64,000 nt of DNA from a virus (lineage: Duplodnaviria; Caudoviricetes), in IMG/VR virus record IMGVR_UViG_3300027374_000001; one strand, given 5' to 3'. The notes under the pieces were generated by a model that was given only the letters and a program-made list of their open reading frames with translations, had not been told where the DNA came from and ran no database searches. This document shows positions 18,829 to 27,634 of this stretch, one piece after another. How positions within the stretch are numbered: the stretch's first letter is position 1; every line of letters begins with the position of its first letter. A program made the position numbers and the translations under genes.

Positions 18829-20052
18829 TTACACGTCAGTATTCACTAGAGATATGACGTAATTTTCTATACAATATAAAATACATGGAATAGCATAAAA
18901 TAAATATACGCTATCATAAAAATCTATCATTTCTAATGCATCTATATCTTCTTGTGTTAAATCTTTATTATTAAAATACTTGACTATAATATTATATAAA
19001 GAATTTTCTCCTCCCAATATAGTATCATTTTCAATTGCTGTTATCATTTCATCCTTAAAACACGGAATTACATCATTCACATTGAATGAGTGTGTTTCGT
19101 GTTCTATGCTAAAATATTCTTCTTTTCTAGTGCTAAATATAGTAAGGGGTTGGTCTATATACTTAGACAACCCTCGATACTCATACGCTCTTACATTGTT
19201 CTTATCCTTTTTCTCCAAACAGGCAAAAAAAGATTTATTATACTTTATAGGAAATGTAGCAGGTAAATTTAAAGCGTGACTAATATATACATATTCATTA
19301 TCAGCGTCTTCTGAATTGAGAAGATCGTGCTCTTTCAAGAATTCTATCATATATGAATCATAAAATCTATATCCATTATGGCAAAAAATAAACGTCTGTA
19401 CCCTTGAGTTATAGAATGTAGATTTATAATATAATCTTAGATTAAATAATACCTGATCCAATCTTTTAATTATATTATAGTGCTCATCTCTAATAATAGG
19501 ATTCAACTTTGTCCCTACATTATTTATCACCATATGATAGTGGTTTGCTATATTCTGCTCTTCTAGTATTTCTTCGAGTCGGGCTGACTCTAATTTATAT
19601 TGAACCTTATATATATTAGATCCGTTTTCCAATGTATCTGGAGACACATCGTTTATCTTGAATAATAACTTTTCTTCTGTATAATCTATATTAAAATAGT
19701 CTCCTACATAAGGAGTTATGGTATTGGGAAGTATAATAGCCTCTCCGGATATCTCAGATGCTTCTGGTCCAAATTCATCATTTACCATCTGTATTGCTAT
19801 TTGTTCTATACCATAAAGCATGAAGTCTTTGATTATATTATAATATATAGGACTTGCTAAACCTACGTCTTGATAATACAATTTAGTAGAAGTATCTAAT
19901 GTAGATTTTTCAGTGTTTTGATTAAAGTAAGTTACCGGAGTACCAGATTTATCATTCCATCTATAATACGGATTTTTTAATATATCTTTAACTCCTGTAA
20001 CTAGAGTATCTATAGACTCTTTGTGTTCTGTATTGATGAATTTCCCTCCCAT
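18829..20052 (-). CDS. Jumbo-phage protein, probably virion structural
   Basis: 407 aa with late-type promoter at 20079..20090. Function not recognisable. Confidence 0.5.
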   Translation of the reverse strand: MGGKFINTEHKESIDTLVTGVKDILKNPYYRWNDKSGTPVTYFNQNTEKSTLDTSTKLYYQDVGLASPIYYNIIKDFMLYGIEQIAIQMVNDEFGPEASEISGEAIILPNTITPYVGDYFNIDYTEEKLLFKINDVSPDTLENGSNIYKVQYKLESARLEEILEEQNIANHYHMVINNVGTKLNPIIRDEHYNIIKRLDQVLFNLRLYYKSTFYNSRVQTFIFCHNGYRFYDSYMIEFLKEHDLLNSEDADNEYVYISHALNLPATFPIKYNKSFFACLEKKDKNNVRAYEYRGLSKYIDQPLTIFSTRKEEYFSIEHETHSFNVNDVIPCFKDEMITAIENDTILGGENSLYNIIVKYFNNKDLTQEDIDALEMIDFYDSVYLFYAIPCILYCIENYVISLVNTDV

Positions 20053-20190
20053 AAGAATTATTCTCCTTTCTTATTAATTAACTTGATGTTTTCCTTCGTT
20101 AATGGACGCATCCAGACATATAGCGGTTACTCAAAACATGTAAGTAAGCGATATCAATATTGCTAAAATATTATAAGGAGGATATAATTA

Positions 20191-22236
20191 ATGAGCGAAT
20201 ACATTAAAAACAAATGGACTAGTTATGATCCTAATCTTCCGGATGCTGATCAGCCGGATGCCTTTCTTACTAAGGAAAAGCTCGATCATATGGAAGACGG
20301 TATTGCTCAAGCTGCAAAGTCAGGCGGAATAATAGATTCCGACGGTAATATAATCGTAATCCCTGAAATTGAAATTGGAGAAGTTACAGAAGGCGATACC
20401 GCTGCTGCTGAAATTGTCAACGGCAAGCTTAACCTTACTATTCCTAGAGGAGCTCAGGGGCCCGCCGGTGAAGTAGGCCCTCAGGGAGAACAAGGCGAGC
20501 AGGGAGAAAAGGGTATGATTGGTGACCCTGGTCCGAAAGGCGATAAGGGTGATACTGGATATGCTATATATGTATCTATGGTAGAAGTATCTGATAATGA
20601 TACCATTAAGCTTACTGATATCAGGTCGCCATACAATATCAAAGCATATGATCATATTCTTGCTCCGGACGGCACGGTACGGCAAATAATCTCTACAACT
20701 GAAGATTCTGTCACTGTTAGTTCCCTGTTGTTCAGCATTAAAGGTGCACAAGGAACCCAAGGACCTAAGGGAGAACAAGGCGAGCAAGGTATCCAAGGGC
20801 CAAAGGGAGATAAAGGTGATCAAGGTGAAGTGGGTCCTCAAGGAATTGTAGGCCCGCAGGGTGAACAAGGTATTCAGGGCCCTAAAGGTGACAAAGGTGA
20901 CCAAGGAGAAGTGGGTCCTCAAGGTCCTACTGGAGCTCAAGGTGAAACTGGCGCCCAAGGACCTAAGGGAGAACAAGGCGAGCAGGGTGAACAGGGTATC
21001 CAAGGTCCGGCAGGTCCTAAGGGTGATACTGGAGAAGTAGGTCCTCAGGGTGAACAGGGTATCCAAGGTCCAGCCGGCCCTAAGGGAGATACTGGAGAAG
21101 TAGGTCCTCAGGGTCCAGCAGGTCCTAAGGGTGATACTGGAGAAGTAGGTCCTCAGGGTGAACAAGGTATTCAAGGGCCTAAAGGTGATAAAGGTGATAA
21201 AGGCGATGACGGTACATCCGTAACCATTAGAGGAACCGCGGCTTCTGTAGAAGAGCTGCCTAAAGAAGGGGTTGAAGGCGATGGCTATCTTGTAAATGGT
21301 GATCTATATGTATGGGACGAAGAAGCCCTTGAATTTTCCAATGTTGGACATCTTCAAGGACCGAAGGGAGATAAAGGTGATAAAGGTGAGCAGGGTATCC
21401 AGGGTGAACAGGGTATCCAAGGTCCTAAGGGAGACACTGGTGAAGTAGGACCCCAGGGTCCAGCAGGTCCTAAGGGTGATACTGGAGAAGTAGGTCCTCA
21501 GGGTGAACAGGGTATCCAAGGTCCAGCCGGCCCTAAGGGAGATACTGGAGAAGTAGGTCCTCAGGGCGAGCAAGGTATCCAAGGTCCAGCAGGTCCGAAA
21601 GGTGATACTGGTGAAACTGGTCCTGCGGGTAAAGATGGAGCTGAAGGTATCCAAGGTCCGAAGGGAGATAAGGGCGATCAAGGCGAACAAGGTATCCAGG
21701 GCGAAACCGGAGCACAAGGTCCGGAAGGTAAATCTGCATATGATCTCTGGGTAGAAGAAGGCAATTCTGGTACCACCGCAGAGTTCTTAGCTTCTCTCAA
21801 GGGAGAAACCGGAGAGGCCGGTCCGAAAGGTGATACTGGTGAAGTGGGTCCTCAAGGTGAACAAGGTCCTATTGGGCAAGCGGGAGCACAGGGCCCGAAG
21901 GGAGACCAAGGTGAAGCGGGAACGGATGGTAAATCTGCATATGACCTGTGGATTAATAATGGTAATACTGGTTCTGTATCTGACTTCTTAACTTCGCTTA
22001 AAGGAGAAACTGGAGCACAAGGACCAGCGGGTTCTGAAGGTATCCAAGGTCCGAAGGGAGATAAGGGCGATCAAGGCGAAACAGGAGAGCAAGGCCCGAA
22101 GGGCGATGCCGGAGAAGGTTTAACTGGAACGGCTTCTACTATTGAAAAATTAGCAGAAGATGCAGATAATACTGCAGTTATAGCTAAGACGAATGAGATC
22201 ATCGATGCGCTTGTAGCAAGGGGAGTATTAGTATAG
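20191..22236 (+). CDS. Long collagen triple-helix repeat fibre protein
   Basis: Extensive GPQGEQGIQGPAGPKGDTGEV repeats. N-terminal FLTKEKLDHMEDGI domain; C-terminal IAKTNEIIDALVARGVL head-fibre-like motif. Confidence 0.85.
   Translation: MSEYIKNKWTSYDPNLPDADQPDAFLTKEKLDHMEDGIAQAAKSGGIIDSDGNIIVIPEIEIGEVTEGDTAAAEIVNGKLNLTIPRGAQGPAGEVGPQGEQGEQGEKGMIGDPGPKGDKGDTGYAIYVSMVEVSDNDTIKLTDIRSPYNIKAYDHILAPDGTVRQIISTTEDSVTVSSLLFSIKGAQGTQGPKGEQGEQGIQGPKGDKGDQGEVGPQGIVGPQGEQGIQGPKGDKGDQGEVGPQGPTGAQGETGAQGPKGEQGEQGEQGIQGPAGPKGDTGEVGPQGEQGIQGPAGPKGDTGEVGPQGPAGPKGDTGEVGPQGEQGIQGPKGDKGDKGDDGTSVTIRGTAASVEELPKEGVEGDGYLVNGDLYVWDEEALEFSNVGHLQGPKGDKGDKGEQGIQGEQGIQGPKGDTGEVGPQGPAGPKGDTGEVGPQGEQGIQGPAGPKGDTGEVGPQGEQGIQGPAGPKGDTGETGPAGKDGAEGIQGPKGDKGDQGEQGIQGETGAQGPEGKSAYDLWVEEGNSGTTAEFLASLKGETGEAGPKGDTGEVGPQGEQGPIGQAGAQGPKGDQGEAGTDGKSAYDLWINNGNTGSVSDFLTSLKGETGAQGPAGSEGIQGPKGDKGDQGETGEQGPKGDAGEGLTGTASTIEKLAEDADNTAVIAKTNEIIDALVARGVLV
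20740..22115 (+). repeat. Tandem collagen-coding DNA repeats
   Basis: Multiple near-identical copies of GGTCCAGCAGGTCCTAAGGGTGATACTGGAGAAGTAGGTCCTCAGGG. Confidence 0.8.
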
Positions 22237-22254
22237 ATCATAAAAAATAAATTA

Positions 22255-22280
22255 AGGGGTAGGATATAAATCCTACCCCT
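22255..22280. terminator. Terminator hairpin between convergent genes
   Basis: AGGGGTAGGAT-ataa-ATCCTACCCCT, preceded by an A run (U tail on the minus strand). Confidence 0.7.
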
Positions 22281-23337
22281 ATATTATTTGTCTTATAGAT
22301 TCTCTGATACATTCTATTGGTACTCCAAAGTCTTTCTTTCCAGGAAAACTGTTTGAGTGAATATACATGGGTACATTATAAGCGCGTAATATATTTGCTA
22401 GGTCTTGAATATACCTATCTTTGTTTAATTGATCTGTATCCATATAAAAATGTGTTCTTAAATTAGGAAATTTGATTACAGACAATAATGTGTATAGGCA
22501 ACTTTTATAATTGCTTCCACCTACAGAAGCATATATATTTCTACCATTATTTTTAATCATATTATATTTGATAGAGAGTATATCAAATGCTCCTTCCGCA
22601 AGTCTAATATCAATCGGTTCTGGATTCAATAAGTCTATATTCACTGGAGGAACATAGAATCTTAGTGTATTGTCAAACTTTCCAAATATATTATAATTTA
22701 TATACCTCTTATTTATAGATTGATATAAATCAAAGTTTTCCAACTCTAAATTTCTCAAAGTGACAAATGCATTGTCGTATGATAAAAATCCTACGAATGC
22801 GGTATCGAGAGCCTCTACTATTTTAGGAACTCTTGTCAGGTCCTTTACTCTATTTTCAGATAATAGGTCTCCTAAATTTAAGACTATTTTATTGTCTATA
22901 CAATCTTTGAGAGTAAGATTTGTGCCTAGTCTTTTATTAATATATGCAAGTTTATATAAGGATAACTTATCGTCTCGTATAGAGGTGTTTCTTACATTAA
23001 ATATTTGGACAAATGAAGATAAGAATTTAGAATTTTTCGCATCCTTCATAGACTTGTTAATATACGACTGCAATTCAACTCCAAACGAACCATCATAGAT
23101 TCCCCATTCCATTAATTTACTTTGTGTAACTATTCCTTGAGCATGACACTTTTGGCAATAATAATATGGAATATCATTTTCTTGTATAGGAACCTTGATA
23201 TAGAAATGCCCCTTAATCGGGTTTGATGAATCAGAACAATAAAAACACCGGCAATTTATTTCTGTTCTCCCGGCAACCGGATTAGCAAATGGTTTTACAT
23301 TTGACTCAAATACGTGAATAAAGCTATCTGGATCCAT
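22279..23337 (-). CDS. DNA primase (zinc finger + TOPRIM)
   Basis: RCFYCSDS...GHFY...YYCQKC zinc finger; LAEGAFD and YMDTD TOPRIM motifs; KDFG near the C-terminus. Confidence 0.85.
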   Translation of the reverse strand: MDPDSFIHVFESNVKPFANPVAGRTEINCRCFYCSDSSNPIKGHFYIKVPIQENDIPYYYCQKCHAQGIVTQSKLMEWGIYDGSFGVELQSYINKSMKDAKNSKFLSSFVQIFNVRNTSIRDDKLSLYKLAYINKRLGTNLTLKDCIDNKIVLNLGDLLSENRVKDLTRVPKIVEALDTAFVGFLSYDNAFVTLRNLELENFDLYQSINKRYINYNIFGKFDNTLRFYVPPVNIDLLNPEPIDIRLAEGAFDILSIKYNMIKNNGRNIYASVGGSNYKSCLYTLLSVIKFPNLRTHFYMDTDQLNKDRYIQDLANILRAYNVPMYIHSNSFPGKKDFGVPIECIRESIRQII

Positions 23338-23340
23338 TTT

Positions 23341-23436
23341 TTATACCCGTCCCATAAAATACGAAATAAACATTCCTGCCATCCCAACCAGTGAAACTAT
23401 TCCTAAACAAATTATAAACTTATCATTTGAATCCAT
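23341..23436 (-). CDS. 31-aa single-TM peptide
   Basis: AGGAGG RBS; MDSNDKFIICLGIVSLVGMAGMFISYFMGRV. Confidence 0.5.
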   Translation of the reverse strand: MDSNDKFIICLGIVSLVGMAGMFISYFMGRV

Positions 23437-23451
23437 TTATTGAAGCCTCCT

Positions 23452-23883
23452 TTATTTAAATTTCATATATCTATTTATCATATATGATATATCGCCTATC
23501 CAAAATAATATAATTGGAATATAAAATAACGAGTAGTATGCATTACCAGTTTCTGTTAAAACGCTACTTATCTTTATAATCGGAATAAAGGATACGAGTA
23601 GCAAAGAAGTGCCAATAATTAACTTCGTGCTTAAAGATTTGGCATTTGTTTTAAAGATTAAAAACTGATTAATCGAGTTTCGTGTTAGCCCTATAAATAT
23701 CATGAACAATAAAAACGTTATTATAAAAAGCAACATGTTTATGGGATATAACTCCTTTAATTTTAGTGAGTATACTAGTATTATCATTAGACCCAGAAAT
23801 ATTCCGGAGACTGCAGAAAACAATATTATATCACTTAGCATGTGCCTTCGGATCATGCCTTTGATTAAATTATTGAAATCCAT
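23452..23883 (-). CDS. 4-TM membrane protein
   Basis: Four hydrophobic segments; AGGAGG RBS. Confidence 0.6.
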   Translation of the reverse strand: MDFNNLIKGMIRRHMLSDIILFSAVSGIFLGLMIILVYSLKLKELYPINMLLFIITFLLFMIFIGLTRNSINQFLIFKTNAKSLSTKLIIGTSLLLVSFIPIIKISSVLTETGNAYYSLFYIPIILFWIGDISYMINRYMKFK

Positions 23884-23910
23884 ATAGTATTTCCTCCTTT
23901 CACTATTATA

Positions 23911-24270
23911 CTATGTGGTGCTATTATATTTTAGAATCATAATTATTATGTCAATCAAGCATAATACTCCAATTAAAATAATCCATAATAATTTTATTGG
24001 ATTGCTATATTGTTTAACCACACTTACTATAATTTTACCAGCCGTGTAACCTAATAATCCTAATACTAAAAATCCCACCATTATAGTTATAGCTGAACTT
24101 ACACAACTTATATTATTTTTGACTGATGCTATCAATCCTACCAAGCATATAAGTAACACTGTACCCATAACATAAAACAGTTGCTCATTCATCCAGTCGA
24201 ATTTATTTATTATTAGAATAGCATATAATATCCCAGATATAATACTAAATAATAATGATGCGGTACTCAT
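23911..24270 (-). CDS. 4-TM membrane protein
   Basis: Hydrophobic segments; GGAGG precedes ATG 24270. Confidence 0.6.
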   Translation of the reverse strand: MSTASLLFSIISGILYAILIINKFDWMNEQLFYVMGTVLLICLVGLIASVKNNISCVSSAITIMVGFLVLGLLGYTAGKIIVSVVKQYSNPIKLLWIILIGVLCLIDIIIMILKYNSTT

Positions 24271-24327
24271 AATTAAAGCCTCCCAAATAAAAAATAACGG
24301 GGGTGGACTCGCCACCCCCATTTTAGT

Positions 24328-25113
24328 TTATAATAGTTTAGTGTTTTCTCTTACTTCTAAGGTATAGAAGTCTATAATCTTGTCCCCAATCATGAGGATA
24401 TTATCCTCATGATTATATTCAACATGATTTTTATAAAAATGAAATTTTTGAAGTTTTCCATTCTTATCATGATAAAACACATGAGACATAATAGACTTTT
24501 CTGCTAACAGGCTTGGTACGTACTCAGTCGGGTCGATATCCCCAACCAAAATACAAATTGGAGTTAAATCTGGTTTCAGATTTACATTAAAGAAATGTTT
24601 ATGGTCAAAATCATCCCTTCTATTTCTACGACAAATTTCATCATATTGATGCATGGTATTATCAGTTCTACATAAATACCTTTGCAATCTGTCTGAATCT
24701 GATGAGATATTATATAATATTTTAAAATCAGAGAACTGCTCATAATATGCGTTACACATATGATAATCTCCTATTATTATATTAGTCTTATCTTTATCAA
24801 ACTCAGAAAAATCTGTCCAATAATCCCAATCTCCGTGATTAGTTCTAAAAGTTCTTCTTTCATAATTTTTATCCCTAACCCTAAGATATTGAAAGGGCAT
24901 ATCGTCATCGAAAGAATAAGGAACAACATTTTCTTCTAATGGGAAATGAGAATGAAAAATATAATCTTTTAAATTCTCTTCTCCATCACGCATGGGCCTG
25001 GTAGTATGTTGAAGTGCCTTATGAAATTTATCTCCATAGTCCTTTAATATTCTATTCATGGTATAATCTTTACCAGAGCAAGTCTTTCCCATGATTAAAA
25101 CACATTTACTCAT
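24328..25113 (-). CDS. gmk: Guanylate kinase-like NMP kinase
   Basis: P-loop GKTCSGKD and the HTTRPMRDGEENLKDYIF guanylate kinase signature. Confidence 0.8.
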   Translation of the reverse strand: MSKCVLIMGKTCSGKDYTMNRILKDYGDKFHKALQHTTRPMRDGEENLKDYIFHSHFPLEENVVPYSFDDDMPFQYLRVRDKNYERRTFRTNHGDWDYWTDFSEFDKDKTNIIIGDYHMCNAYYEQFSDFKILYNISSDSDRLQRYLCRTDNTMHQYDEICRRNRRDDFDHKHFFNVNLKPDLTPICILVGDIDPTEYVPSLLAEKSIMSHVFYHDKNGKLQKFHFYKNHVEYNHEDNILMIGDKIIDFYTLEVRENTKLL

Positions 25114-25128
25114 ATTGTATTTACCTCT

Positions 25129-25521
25129 CTATTTAAAATTCACTGCACACAGCTGAGACTTATCTATGTAACCTTTAGCAAGAAGTACATATGGATTACC
25201 ACTTACACTACAATATTTTATGAATTCAAATCCTAATGATTCATATAATACTATATTTTTGTATTCCCACATTAGTACAAGTAAGTAAACTCCTTTGTTT
25301 TTGGTATTTTCAATTACATCTTCATATGCTGCATTGACAAGTGAGCTCATCAGCCCCTTTCTTCTATGCAGTATTCTAGTTTTAGCATTTGCTAATAATG
25401 AGTAATCGAAATTTTTCATTTCAAAATCGTATCGTTCAATCTTGGATACCGTTCTAATACGATTTTTGATTTTATAGGTTGTCTTGCTATCTTCTCTGGT
25501 GATAATAGGTTCACTATACAT
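25129..25521 (-). CDS. GNAT-like acetyltransferase
   Basis: HRRKGLMSSLV and LYESLGF match GNAT acetyl-CoA-binding motifs. Confidence 0.55.
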   Translation of the reverse strand: MYSEPIITREDSKTTYKIKNRIRTVSKIERYDFEMKNFDYSLLANAKTRILHRRKGLMSSLVNAAYEDVIENTKNKGVYLLVLMWEYKNIVLYESLGFEFIKYCSVSGNPYVLLAKGYIDKSQLCAVNFK

Positions 25522-25535
25522 ATTGTAAATCCTTT

Positions 25536-26387
25536 CTATACTGCTACTGGAATATCCGTAATCTGCTCACAATGCTGATACCCAGAAAGCAGCACATCAT
25601 CTGTAGTGAAATCATAGAAATTTTTAATCTCTGGATTTAACCAAAACCTCGGAGCAGGATACTCTTCTCGTTTAAGTAATTCCTCTGCAATTGGAACATG
25701 CCTATCATATATGTGGGCATCAGCGATTACATGTATAAACTTTCCGGGTTTCATATTACTAACCTGAGCAAGCATATGAATTAATACCGCATATTGACAA
25801 ACATTCCATCCGTTAGCAACTATCATATCTTGGGACCTTTGATTAAGAATTCCATTAAGCACCAGCTTCCCATCATCGTTATCCTTAGTTATATTAAATG
25901 TCATAGAATATGCACACGGATATAAATTCATCTCATTTAAATCATGATGATTATAGATATTGGTCATGATTCTTCGACTATATGGATTATGTTTTAAATC
26001 GTATAACACCCGATCTACTTGATCCATTTCGCCTTCTTTGTAATTATGCTTTACTCCTAATTGATATCCATATGCTTTACCTATCGAACCGCTTTCATCT
26101 GCCCACGAATCCCATATGTGGCTTTTGAGATCTTTTACATTGTTTGATTTTTTTTGCCAAATCCATAACAATTCATCTACGCAACTCTTTAGCGGAACTC
26201 TTCTTATTGTTAATGCTGGGAACTCAGTCTGTAAATTGTATTCATTTACAACTCCAAATTTCTTAACAGTATACGCCGGGGTTCCATCTTCCCAATGCGG
26301 TCTTACTTTTTCCCCTTGCGTATCTGTGCCGCACCCATATAATATGTCATAGCAAGTATCCTTAAAAATTTTATCAGCATAACTCAT
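25536..26387 (-). CDS. thyA: Thymidylate synthase
   Basis: IWDSWADE..IGKAYGYQ, SRR, LYPC, NQRSQD and DAHIYDRH motifs; ends PVAV. Confidence 0.97.
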   Translation of the reverse strand: MSYADKIFKDTCYDILYGCGTDTQGEKVRPHWEDGTPAYTVKKFGVVNEYNLQTEFPALTIRRVPLKSCVDELLWIWQKKSNNVKDLKSHIWDSWADESGSIGKAYGYQLGVKHNYKEGEMDQVDRVLYDLKHNPYSRRIMTNIYNHHDLNEMNLYPCAYSMTFNITKDNDDGKLVLNGILNQRSQDMIVANGWNVCQYAVLIHMLAQVSNMKPGKFIHVIADAHIYDRHVPIAEELLKREEYPAPRFWLNPEIKNFYDFTTDDVLLSGYQHCEQITDIPVAV

Positions 26388-26878
26388 TATTTATTTTCCT
26401 CCTGTTCATTATTTTTGAAATTTGCCATTCTTTTAGCCATATCGTCCATAAACTCTTCTTCGGTCTTGCCTTCATTCCCATCGAATTCTAACCAAATTTC
26501 ATATATGGATTTCCCTCTAGGTCCCATCGGCCCCACAGGACCAGTATCACCTTTATTAAAAGAAGATTTCCAAGATTTTACAATATTTAATACATCATCA
26601 TTGCAAATTACTATATCTATAATACTTAATAAAATTAAAAAACTAAAATAAAGTACTAAGACGATAGTAATAATTATTAATGCTAAGCACCATGCTGCTA
26701 AAATTACATGAGAGAATTTTATATCAGATGTATATGCTTCTTTAATAATTGGGATAAGGTTATCGATAGATGGAATTACAAATGCTGTAATGATAACCAA
26801 TAAGGTACAGTATAGACATATTTTAAATATGCTCTTAATTATATTCATTATTTATTTTCCTCCTGTTCATTATTTTTG
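26384..26878. repeat. 34-bp direct repeat flanking the gene between folA and thyA
   Basis: TCATTATTTATTTTCCTCCTGTTCATTATTTTTG at 26384-26417 and 26845-26878. Confidence 0.9.
26387..26848 (-). CDS. Membrane protein with short collagen/SAYxxW-like segment
   Basis: Two TM helices, then GDTGPVGPMGPRGKSIYEIW. Confidence 0.65.
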   Translation of the reverse strand: MNIIKSIFKICLYCTLLVIITAFVIPSIDNLIPIIKEAYTSDIKFSHVILAAWCLALIIITIVLVLYFSFLILLSIIDIVICNDDVLNIVKSWKSSFNKGDTGPVGPMGPRGKSIYEIWLEFDGNEGKTEEEFMDDMAKRMANFKNNEQEENK

Positions 26879-27588
26879 TAGTATAAATATAAGAATCTAT
26901 GCTGTTGAGGATTAGATACGGAGCGAAAACTTTCTTCGTCTTCTAATTCCCAATCAAACGTTCGTGAGTCTAAATTTGGCATAAAATTATCACATTTAAA
27001 ATCTTCTTCTAGTTTAGTAATTATAGCCTTACTACAATATGGCAAGAATTGATTATATATAGTTTTTCCGCCTATGATGAATATAGGTTTACCTTTGTAA
27101 AATTTAGTTATTTCCATTGCTCCTTTGATAGAAGCTACTACATAGGTTTCGTATTCTTCTCCATATAGCCAGTTAACATTAAAATCTTCATAATTAAAAT
27201 CTACTGAATTTTTATCAGAACCATATTTACCCGAGATAATAATATTTACTCTGTTTTTTAAAGGCTGCCCTATTGTTTCAAATGTCTTTCTTCCCATTAT
27301 AACAATACCGTTTTCAGTGATTTCTCTAAAGTGTTTTAGATCTTCTGGTAAATACCATGGTATTTTTCCATCCCGGCTTATACCCCAATATTTATCTACT
27401 GCAGCTATTAAAGTGATTTCTCGATTTTTCTTATTCTTACTTTTCTTTTTTCTTTTTCTCTCTGATGATTTATTGCATATCCCCTTTTCAATACTGCGAA
27501 ATCTTAAATACGCATACATAGAAAGCATAAAAGATGCGCAACTAAATGCAATAGCAAATAACTTAAAGTAATCCATACTTTCCTCCAA
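26848..27588 (-). CDS. folA: Dihydrofolate reductase with N-terminal membrane anchor
   Basis: IAAVDKYWGI..GKIPWYLPEDLKHF, IMGRKTFETIG.PL.NRVNII and IIGGKTIY motifs, plus a ~55 aa hydrophobic and basic N-terminal extension. Confidence 0.92.
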   Translation of the reverse strand: MEESMDYFKLFAIAFSCASFMLSMYAYLRFRSIEKGICNKSSERKRKKKSKNKKNREITLIAAVDKYWGISRDGKIPWYLPEDLKHFREITENGIVIMGRKTFETIGQPLKNRVNIIISGKYGSDKNSVDFNYEDFNVNWLYGEEYETYVVASIKGAMEITKFYKGKPIFIIGGKTIYNQFLPYCSKAIITKLEEDFKCDNFMPNLDSRTFDWELEDEESFRSVSNPQQHRFLYLYYKNNEQEENK

Positions 27589-27592
27589 TGTA

Positions 27593-27628
27593 AAAAATAA
27601 GGAGGGAAGGAGTTACCCCCCCCCCCTA
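27593..27628 (-). terminator. Intrinsic terminator whose 5' arm is a G11 tract
   Basis: Minus strand: A-G11-taact-CCTTCCCTCCT-TATTTTTT, with G-U pairs. Confidence 0.6.
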
Positions 27629-27634
27629 GATGAT

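Noticed and set aside
20320-21739. Long antisense ORFs (284, 137 and 68 aa)
   Set aside because: Shadows of the collagen Gly-X-Y repeat, with no RBS.
20740-22115. Regular repeats as a possible CRISPR array
   Set aside because: In-frame coding repeats without unique spacers.
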